DNA of 58,790 nt, counting the filler, from Sphacelaria rigidula (taxonomy: Eukaryota): the NCBI GenBank assembly GCA_964200075.2. It is 10 parts of 10 records of this genome, joined end to end, with 100 filler letters (N's around TTAATTAATTAA, not from the genome) between each part and the next. Parts side by side here need not be neighbours in the genome. Positions count along the whole stretch, not along the records: positions 47,113 to 52,901 come from CAXNAA020024456.1; positions 53,002 to 58,790 come from CAXNAA020024457.1; 8 more parts are not named here. The stretch is one strand, 5' to 3'. The notes under the pieces are model-generated. The model saw only the letters and a program-made list of their open reading frames with translations. It ran no database searches and was not told where the DNA came from. Numbering within the stretch: the stretch's first letter is position 1; each line of letters starts with the position of its first letter. Positions 49,218 to 58,790 of the stretch are shown piece by piece. The position numbers and the translations under genes are program-made.

Positions 49218-50834
49218 GTGAGACGGCGTGGGTGTTGCTTGGCCTCCACCAGTATTATTGTTGTGTCTCGGGTTTGAAGAAACAAAAGATCGTAGCTGCC
49301 TGTTAACGGGCCTTGATAACGGGGCAATTTTCTCGACTTTTTTTCCGAAAAGTAGAATGACTGAAAACAAAACCTTACGCTAGATGTTTCTGGAGAAATC
49401 TGTAACGACTCTTGAAGTGACCTATAGCCTGACCTGGATCAGAAATCTGCCCTCACGTTTTTCGGAGATGAACATTTTTTTCCGAAAAATTCGGAGATCG
49501 CGGAGGAGGTGGGGGGAAACAGACTCGTAAATGAGACTCCTACCTTGCCTAAATAAAGGGGCCAAGTTGTTTTCAGGATGTGGGGTAACTGCCTCAGTAA
49601 GCGTGATTAATTGTAGCGATGGAACGGTACGGGAGAGGAGGGAGTTTCGTCGATGACGTAAGCAGACGTATTTTACATTAAGGACGTACATATCGCAAGG
49701 CAACGATAGGGAACACTATACTTCACAAGTAAGAAGTTGTTTGTTCCGGGCGTTCTCAGCTCGCGTGGCTTGTTCAGCTGCTACATGCCAAGACGGGGTG
49801 CACTGGTGCAGTAGCTCCAGCGCTCTCTTTCGCAGCATCGCGGGCGCCGCGCCTCGGTTGTCTCATCATTCGACTGTAACCGTTAGGGTGGAAAGAACGT
49901 GGGTTCAGTTCCCGCCAGATTCGGTTGGGTTTTTGTTCGAAGTCTCTGATTTCCTCCGCCAATAGCGTGAGTTACGTACGTGTGTTGACAAAAGTACTTG
50001 ACTGAGTTTTCGACTGTCATCATCAGGGCGGAGAGACTGCGGGTTCGATTCGCGATCCGTTGGGTTTTCTCTTGGAAGTACAGTACCTGATTTCAACCGT
50101 CGAAACAGCGAGTACGTGAGTAGACAAGAAGTAGTTAACCGAGTGTGTTTGTACGAGAGTTAACGTGGTGTGGGAGTGATTGTCATGATCCAAAACCACG
50201 GCACTAAAATGTAGGGCGTGTACCCGGCAGAGATGGGTTGATCCCTTGAGACTCTCTGTAGTAGACTCGTAGACCACGGACTCGTCCCGAAGAAGGAAAG
50301 GGGTTCAAAGTGCGATAAAGGAAAATACAAGGGGGAGAAAGAAGGGCAGCTCACCTTTTCCTCGACGTAAGTGATTACACATGGGAAAGTCATGATGTTT
50401 ACCTTGTGCGGCATTGATGATGGGGTGTAGTGTGGCTGCTCGCACTTCAAGAAAGGATAGTGGAAAACCCACGGTTTTTTAGATATGTGCATGCAGCAAA
50501 ATATATGGGCCTTTGCGAGGAATATCGTCGGAGACCTTTGTCCTTTTTCTTTTCTCGAATATGCTATCATATGGCCATTAGTATGCAGGTTCTGCGTAGG
50601 ATTTTTGCTCAAGGCCGATTTGCTTTTTTCGGATTCATGTACTGTTACAAATGGAAGCGAACCTGCCTTTTTTGAGCACATTTTTTTGTCCATTTAGTCG
50701 AGATTTTTGGCAGATATACTTCTTTTTTTTTGTCGCCAGACCTTGGAAGCTTTGGAAAGGTGACGAAGATGCACCCCCTCGTTTCTTGTGCCGTTGCCAT
50801 TGCGTGTGTTGCTGTTCTGCTTATTGACTTGAAG

Positions 50835-50921
50835 ATAAAAAAGCGGCACCCTTCTGTGGAACATTTGCGGGATGCTCGCCCGGACTGGGTCAAGGAAATC
50901 GAAGGCGAAGTGGACGCGAAG
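50835..50921 (+). CDS. galK: Galactokinase, next exon
   Basis: TTGAAG| phase-0 acceptor and AAG|GTGAGA donor. IKKRHPSVEHLRDARPDWVKEIEGEVDAK has the LRD motif expected next in galactokinases. Confidence 0.75.
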
Positions 50922-51585
50922 GTGAGAAGAACCACGGTTGATTTGAGCTTTTTGTTCTGTACGTCCGTTTTCTTAGACATCCTTTGGACAATAGCGCATT
51001 AAAAAAATTGATTTTCAATCCTTTTTTTCAGGGGGATAGTTGCCTTGCTCTTTTTTTTTTTCCGGAGAGGGGAAAAAAACTTGAAAACACTGATTATGCA
51101 AACTTTCGACAGAAGAAAAAAAGTTGACTGATCATTTTTTTTATCATGTAATTTGGAGTACAAGACCTACGTTTTGGTCAGTTTGACATATCTAGGATTG
51201 ATGAAGATTTCTTGTAATCTATTATAGCTCATCACCGCTTGGATGCAGTCAGACATATTTTCAAAGCTGAGCAATATAGTCCCGTGAATATCATCGATAG
51301 GACTTAGAACACATTTGTGAACTCAGGCGTGAATCTAGTTGTTGTGTTTTCCCCCATTTTTTTGCCGGGAATGGCGCTAGACACACGGCACATACGCCGT
51401 GAACGAAAATCCGAAACCGGTTCGAGGACTTCGGAAACAAAAAAAAAACTGTTTCACGGATCGATCTTTTCCGAAATTTCCAATTATTTTGCTTCTTCAG
51501 TTCACTCCCATTTCTGAATTTCATGGAGAGCACGTTTGTTTAACGTTCCTGAGCTTCGGTAATTTCCGGCCCCCCTAAGCAAAGT

Positions 51586-51658
51586 GTTCCGTCTCGAAAG
51601 GGATGCGTGGCCAATGGTCAAACGACTAAGGCAAGCAACAAATGAGTACGCCCCCCCC
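51586..51658 (+). mobile_element. 5'-truncated LINE 3' end with C-tail and TSD
   Basis: Flanked by C(n)TAAGCAAAGT on both sides (51576-51585 and 51659-51668). Confidence 0.92.
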
Positions 51659-52779
51659 TAAGCAAAGTCCATGAGAGGTTGTTGCCCATGGTCCGCATTT
51701 TGCTAGCTGTCTGGTTCCCAACGAGAGACCCCCTATCTCAAGGACTAGCAACCTGTGCGTGCTCCACACTATTACAGCACATCCACGAACCCAGACCCGA
51801 CGACTAGAGCACCGACACGGCGCCCACGATAGCCAGCCTTCCCGTTAGAGGTTACAGCAGTGTCGGCCTCTTGACCGGCTCTCGATTTTGAGTAGTTTTA
51901 CCCGTTTTCATCATGATGGCAACAATCGAAAAGAATTATCCGCTTTTTGCGTGACTCGAGACAAGGGCGGGGGCGTTTATGGTAGGATAGGGTAAAGTTA
52001 GGAGTGCAACACGGAAAGCGATGTCCCTGTTTCACCTTGCGGATGATACCGTGGTTTCTTTGTAATGTAGCTCTGGTGATGCCCCACCACTCCGTTTTCT
52101 GTGTATGTTTTGCTCTTCTTCTGGATCCTTTTTTCTTCTCTCTTTTCCTTCCTACCCCTCCCCCCCCCCCCCCCCCCCCTCCCCCCCCTCTTCTCTTTTT
52201 TTTTTTTTCTTTTTTTTTTCTTTTTTTTCTTTCTCCCCCTCCCCTTTTTCTTCTTCTTTTTCCTTCCTTCCCCCCCCCCCCCCCCCTCCTTCCTTTTTTT
52301 TTCTTCCTCTTATTTCTTGTCTCACCTCGAGCTGTATCGGTGCTTGTGTCCCGCTTATGCAGAGCTAGTCAGCGAGATTTCCCGCTGTAATAGTCCAGTC
52401 CCCAGATAGCCTAGAATAGTTAGAGTCTCAATCCACTGCCACAGCCTTGCTTTTGTTCGCCTTCCTTTTTCCAACTTGTGCCATGGGCCTGTTCGCTTTT
52501 TACGCGGATTCGGAACTACTACTCGTACTCGTGTAATCATGTTTTCCTTTGTCTTTGTTCTTTTCCCTTCTTCTGTATTTTTTTTTCTTCAGTTTATTGT
52601 GTTCGTCGTTCTCTTCTTTTTCATTTTCGCCCTTTTTCTGGAGTACAGTACTTTTTACCGTGCCTACGTCTGTCGCATGGCTATGCCTAGATTGCTGGCG
52701 GACCAGGTAATGTGCACCAGTCAGTCACATCAATCAAATGATCAAGTATCAATTCACGTGCGTTCTTTCGTGTTTTTAT

Positions 52780-52901
52780 CGTCTCGAAAGGGATGAGTGG
52801 TCCATGGTCAAACGACCAGGGTAAGCAACAAGTGAGTACCCCCCCCCCCCAAAGTGTGGAAGGAGATTGGCGGAAACCAAGACGAAATGCTGTCCATAGA
52901 A
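52780..52901 (+). mobile_element. LINE 3' end with C-tail, followed directly by internal LINE sequence
   Basis: ...GCAACAAGTGAGTAC-C(n), then AAAGTGTGGAAGGAGATTGGCGGAAACCAAGACGAAAT, which matches 36530-36585. Confidence 0.85.
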
Positions 52902-53001
52902 NNNNNNNNNNNNNNNNNNNNNNNNNNNNNNNNNNNNNNNNNNNNTTAATTAATTAANNNNNNNNNNNNNNNNNNNNNNNNNNNNNNNNNNNNNNNNNNN
53001 N

Positions 53002-54460
53002 ATTTGTTGCTTGCCTTAGTCATTTGACCATTGACCACGCATCCCTTTCGAGACGGAGGGGGGGGGGGGGGGGATACGGTCACGGGATTGATGTTCGCAG
53101 ATGATTGTTGTGGAATATCAGAAACACCAGAGGGATTGCAGAAACAAATGGAGGAAGCACTAGAATACACTGGGAAATGGATAGTGGCAGCGAACGCAAA
53201 CAAGTGCGCGGTACTTGTGGGTAACGAGGACAAGGAGAACCCGACAAAGTTCAAATAAAAGCGAGGAGACGAGGAATTGCCAATTGTAGACCAGTATACA
53301 TACCTTGGCGTAGAGATGTCAATAATCTGTCCTTAGGATGAACACATGAATAAATCAATAGGAAAGGGTAAGACACAGATAGTCAAGATGGACGTGATCC
53401 TAAGAGACTTGCACCTCGATACTAGGATTAAGATATGTATCCTGATGAGTGTGATTGTACCGAACAGCAATATGCAGCAGAAGCACGTAAAGGGAACGCG
53501 AATTGAAGCAGCTGGAAACAGTACAGATGACAGAAGCTAAGAAAATCCTTGGATGCTCAAAAACGACAAGTAATACAGTATTGAGAGCAGAATTGGGAAT
53601 GTATCCCCTTGAAACAAATAGGGACACGATAAAAATTGAAATTGCAAACTAACGTAAGGAACATGCTGAGGACGAGACTTACAGCCGTAGCTGATATGGC
53701 TGTGCCAAAGAAAACGACGAAAGGGCAGACTGGAGTGGGGTGGGATAGCGTAGTGGAGAAAGTATGGAAGTACGTAGGAGGGAACCAAGACGGGATAATG
53801 TCCATAGGTGAATGCGGGGGGTGCGAGACTAAAGTAAGAGATATGATGGAAATACGGGAAAAAGAAACGCTGAGACGGGAAGTAGACGAGGAAGAGCACC
53901 TGAAGATATGCGGGGGGTTGAGAGGCGGGATACTGTAGATATGAAAAAATATCTACACGGCCCAATGGACCCCGCGAAACATTGAAAGCGCCATTTCGGG
54001 TGGGGCACCTGGACCTGCCGGAAAGAAGAAAGAGGTGTACCAGCAATCGGGTGGAGGAGGAAGGAGATGCGCAGATTTTACCCCTGTGGCAAACCAATTA
54101 ACCAGTAGAAGCCATATAGCGGTAGATTGTGAACTATATAAGAGGGAACAGGACGTGCTGGAGAGGGAAATATGGGAAGTAAACGATGATACAATGACAT
54201 CGTGTGGTACATTAGACAGTAGCGGGAAAACGATGGCTAGGAGATAGATGATGGCAGAGACAGAGACGGCGAGATAGGAAGAGGATAGGATCTTCGAGAA
54301 TTTTGTGCAATGCATGGAAGAAACATCATGAACGCCCAAATATTGGAGGTACCTCTATTAGGATAAGCAGCGGTGCCCCGTCTCGGAAGGGATGATTGGT
54401 TAATGATCAAATACCTAAGACAAGCAACACATGAGTAAGCCCCGCCCCACCCCCTCCCTC
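53002..54460 (+). mobile_element. Degenerate LINE (53072-54460, +) with an opposite-strand LINE 3' fragment (53002-53057) joined at a G-run
   Basis: DTVTGLMFADD, NANKC and SHIAVDCELYK. Ends CAAGCAACACATGAGTAAGCCCCGCCCC. Confidence 0.92.
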
Positions 54461-54892
54461 ATTGCTCGATTTCGACGCGTCCGCCAGCTTCTCCGGCGCC
54501 AACGTCAACAGCTGTTAACAACGTCACGCCCTCAGAGTGCTCTTGAAAGACGCGACCACAAGTGGGAAAAGCGGTGAGGTGACGCACCTGTTTTTGTGGT
54601 TGGCATGCTGGAATGTGTTGTGTATGCGGCCTATACGCCCTCCGTCAAGGCAAAGGTGCCAACATCAAGTTTCGCCGACGTTCGTTTCGCTTCACCCTTG
54701 TGGTGCCGCAGGGTTGACTGCACGCTTCCGCGCATGTGCTCGCATACAGCCATCATAGCAATGAACGAAGTCACGCTGTATTTCACCCCCCCGATGAATG
54801 AGCAATTTCGCAAAGCATCGCCTGCAGCGCATGTGCGACGGGCTCCCGATTTCCCGGAGTTTTGTCACGCTGTGTTACTTTCCACCATGCAG

Positions 54893-57128
54893 GTCGAGGA
54901 GGCAAGAACACGATAGGCATGCAGAGAGCATGGAAGCTCTGGAGTTCAGCAAAGAGGTAAGTGAGTCTTGAAGCTGACACGAATCCTGAAGTGGTGGAGG
55001 GAACTGCGTGGATGTGTTTGTTTTGTGCAACATGTCGACCAAGGCTTGGGCCATATTGCTTGTCGACGCAATGACCATCTTCATCCCACGCTGGCCGAAA
55101 ATACAATACCATCCTTGGTGTTCTGTTGCGTTCAGTAATGAGGTGACGGAAAAAATGGCATATTTTCCCGCCTGCCTGCTTCTCTCGGGGTGGGCAATGG
55201 ACACTGTCTGCAGGTAGAGACTGAAAGCTTGAGACAAAAGTGTCAGCGGCTAGCGCAGCTGGAACTGAGGAGTCGAGAGATCGCCGAGGCAAAGCTGGAA
55301 CAATGCCGGCGAAATAAAGCCCGAGAGGTGAGGCGACAGGAATATAAGATTTTTTTTCTGGTTGAACGCGAACCGGCTCAAGCTCCAACATGCGCCTAGA
55401 TACCAGTGGGTTTGGATTGATTTGCCGTGGAAACTGGGTTTTTGCGGGTGTAGGCATCTGTGATTGACATCCTTGTGTGTCAATTGAATGGAAGGTCAGT
55501 ATCATCGTACTGAGGCTCTTGCGCGGCTTCGTGTATCATCTATATTGTGTCAAGGTATTCTCAACTCCTTCACGAGCGAAGTATACGCCAGCTTTATCAT
55601 GGTATGAGATCTTTCCTTGCTCATGATTGTATACGCCGGTTACCGTCACGCGACAACAGCATCTTATGTAACGAGATACGACCAATGCTTGGTATTTGAT
55701 ACGTCCTTGACGCCTGTAGCGCTTGGACGCCACCCCGCCATCCCCCGGCAGGTTCGCCAGTTGTCGGTTGAACTCCTGCTTCTCTACGACCATGCGCTAT
55801 CCCTGTGCAACTCGCCGCAAGAGGCTACCAGCCCAACGACCAGTACCAACGACGACCTTCACCCGAGCTGCCATACGCATGATCCAGCTACATCACCGCT
55901 GTCGCCTAATTCAGCGTCATTGTTTCAGCTGCATCACTTTCCCCGTCTTGCGAAACTACTCAGCGTTAGACGGGAAGATCCCGAGCGACTCATTGAGGCG
56001 CTATCGAAGCCAGTGATCTCCGCTAACGGCGGGCGAGTTGTGAAACGCTGGGCGCGACCAAAGTCGGCGGGAGCAGCGTCATCATCACAATGGAAACGCC
56101 TTACACCTAGTCCATCCACACCCACACTGAACGGCCCGGGTCGTATTCAAATTTTGATGAAAAATGATATTAAAATAGGAAATAGCACACGGCAAGGTCG
56201 AGGCAGGTCTTTGCGACCCACGAGTGCCCCTGGGAGACGGCGGGCTCCGGCGTGCGGCGGCAGGGAACGCGAAAGTGATGCGGTTGGTTCTGGAGGGCGC
56301 CAGGGCGGAGGTAAAGGTGGCAGTGAAGGTAGAATAGAACGTGTGGAGCGTGGGGCGGGTGTGGTTGAGTGGACGGTTGAGGACGAGGCATCTAGGGGCA
56401 CGCGCGACCTCTCCAGCCGGGAGTTGACATGTCTCGTCGAGCGACTTCGGAAGCGGTTGGATCGGGTCGAGAGTGAGCACAGCCGGGACCATAAAGAGGT
56501 ACGCTGACTGAACACGCGTGGTAATACATTCGTACGGCGCATTTCATGAGGGTGATCATACTTAATGAGAATATCGTCCCGGACTACGGCAGCAAAACTG
56601 ATCTGCCTTGGAGGTTGCCGATCTTCAGGAACGATCGCGACCGCCGGTCGCCTGGACCGTTCCACGCTACCGACGATGTAAGGTTCATTTTGTAACAGCT
56701 GAATCATCCCAAAGTTGCTCCACCCCGTCTCCCGCCGCCGCCGACTCCCCCAACACCCTTAGCACAAAGGTACGCGTAGCCGAGGCCAAGCGAAGCCTTG
56801 CACAAACCGTGCGGGCGGGAGGGAATTCTGCGATGTTTGTGGCGGTGGCGTGCAGGCTGTGATGAGGGAGCAGACGCGAAGATACAATGATCTCAGGGTA
56901 GCATATCAGTCTTTGTCGCGACGGTTGGAGGGGAAGGGCGAGACCAAGAGGACGGTTGGCGGCAAGGGGAGTGACGGGCGCTTGAGACAAACAAAGTTTG
57001 ATCTGCGAAAACGGAAAGTCGATTTACGGGACCCGACTGTCCGGGCGGGAGATACGCCTGAAGCTCACGTCAATAATAGGCCCTGTGGTGGAGCGGGGCT
57101 TCTGATTCGTAGCATTGGGGCACAGTAG
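54893..57128 (+). CDS. 3' part of an unknown coiled-coil protein. Exons 54893-54956, 55214-55327, 55752-56498 and 56856-57128, with a possible mini-exon at ~56770-56808
   Basis: All junctions are canonical CAG|...GAG|GT and phase-compatible: SRRQEHDRHAESMEALEFSKE / VETESLRQKCQRLAQLE...KARE / VRQLSVELLLLYDHA...RDHKE / AVMREQTRRYNDLRVAYQSL...AQ*. Heptad-like E/L/R/K composition. Confidence 0.8.
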
Positions 57129-58790
57129 AGTTTTGGTTTGCGTTTTTTGGGTCAGAATGACGTACGATAGGGCTAGGCGATTCTAGAGGATTCTCATGGG
57201 ACAGTGTATGTATAATACCGGGTCGTCTTTGGACACAGATCCAACCCGCTACCAAAGAACATGAAAGTGGGCAAAGTTTCAATGCCTCTTTTGTCACCTA
57301 TGGGTTGTGTAGGAGAGAGGATGCGGTTTGCAAGCGAGCCCCGTTTTGTTTTTAATAAATATTTTAGTAAAACAACAAAGCTTTAAATTGCCATCTACCT
57401 CATTTTCAGAACAGGCCAACTTACTGTTTCTCGACATAAAACCAGCAGTTTCTCGTCAAGACTACGCATTAGAATATTATACACACTTCAGGCGACAGCT
57501 GCACGATTTACACGGTGCTTCACTTGAAATGTCGCCAATCTCCCAAATTTCTGTTTCTGGTAACCGACGAAGCTCCCGTGATTTTGCCTTGTGAGGTTCC
57601 GACCCGTGCAAGTATAGCATGAATTTGGAGCAGGCATTGGGTAGGAGCGAAACTATTTTCGAAGGCACGACCAAATCTTCGGTGATTGATGCCGCCATTC
57701 CGGTTTCCCGCGCCCCGGTCGTCCGACTGGTGCAACTGCAACCAGTTAGGGCGCGGACTTGAGGGTTCGAATCCCGACGTATGTGGGCCCAGCTATCCTC
57801 TTTCTGAGAAGTATCCGATTTTCGTCGTTGGGAACGCGAGAGAGTGAGTTGCAAAAGTACATAATTTACGAGCGTCAACACGATGCGGAAGTCCTGATCC
57901 TATACGCGATAGGAGAAGTATGAGGAGATCCAAAAACATGCGGCGCATGCCCGGGGAAGTATGGAGTGTTCCCTCGAGACTACGGACTCCTCCCCGTGAA
58001 GGACCCGGCTTGAACCTAAGAAGGAAAATATGAACGGGTTTGCCTTTATTTTGATTCCATGATTTCTGCGATCCTAACCGAAATGAACTCGGTGATCAAC
58101 CCACAAAACGCCAGTTTCCTCAGTTAAACGTCTCGTGTGAAGTGGGGGCCTTATTCCGTTCAGAGGAAAAACCTCTGTGAGCTTTTGCAAGCGACCATCA
58201 TGAACATTGACGACTGATACCTATTTGTCAACGAGCAAATCTGACAAGCTGTTCGCCGGATTGAGAGTCTAGCATTTGATTGTGAGTGAGCTTTTCAGCC
58301 CCTTTTCACTCATGAAAACGAAGTGAAAATGATGCCGGTTTCACAGACGGGCATTTAGCGCCGGAGGTGCCCATTTATGGAATCGACATCATCTTCACTT
58401 GAAAATTTACTGCGTGACCGTGGTTACCAAACCTGGGGGTCAAAGGGCTTACAAGTCGAAGAGTTAGTTGTTGGATAGATAACCCGGAATCAAACAAATG
58501 TCAGCATACGATTCTTTGGAACCGCGGCAGGTTACTACCCTACACTCGCGTCCGGGTTGATACCCGACACCCGCATTCAGCGTAGCAATTGGAAACATAT
58601 TTTGAGAATGCATGCCATCATGCGGGACGTATAATGGGAACCTGCGCGATATACAACAAACAGCACATTGACCCTTTCGGGACCGGACCCTCACTAACAC
58701 AGGGTTGACCCTGTGTTGGTAGAATAATGAAAAATAAGAGTTCGAGCGACCTGCCCAATCACGGCGAGGCGAAATTTATCGACCAGACCC

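Noticed and set aside
57708..57790. tRNA gene (also ~18050-18085 and ~42200-42290)
   Set aside because: A B-box is present but I could not form an acceptor stem or cloverleaf. SINE heads are the better explanation.
1..58790. Endogenous giant-virus (phaeovirus) or bacterial insertion
   Set aside because: There are no gene-dense intronless ORF clusters or viral hallmark motifs. The DHPS and galactokinase pieces are spliced exons.

Overview
This window is not one locus. It is ten unrelated contigs of exactly 5,789 bp each, joined by nine 100-bp linkers (44 N + TTAATTAATTAA + 44 N), so adjacency across linkers has no biological meaning. The DNA is eukaryotic, intron-rich and repeat-rich. Exon style and repeat content suggest a stramenopile, most likely a brown alga (inference). 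Recognisable gene pieces: the last exon of a nucleotide-sugar transporter, a divergent CCT-motif exon, the last exon of dihydropteroate synthase, two galactokinase exons, a gene with an (AEAAK)22 helical repeat, and several unknown low-complexity or coiled-coil proteins. Repeats include a decayed Ty3/Gypsy integrase, three long non-LTR retrotransposon (LINE) fragments with many tiny 3'-end copies, tRNA-type SINEs, at least six MITE/foldback families and a 4-kb 113-bp satellite with a 451-bp higher-order repeat. The most interesting signal is the LINE. It ends in TGAGTAC(G/A) plus a poly(C) run rather than poly(A), its target-site duplications begin with a C-run, and its copies tend to lie in sense orientation just upstream of splice acceptors. 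This suggests oligo(C)/oligo(G)-primed retrotransposition into C-rich intronic tracts. No database searches were run, so all homology calls rest on motif recognition.
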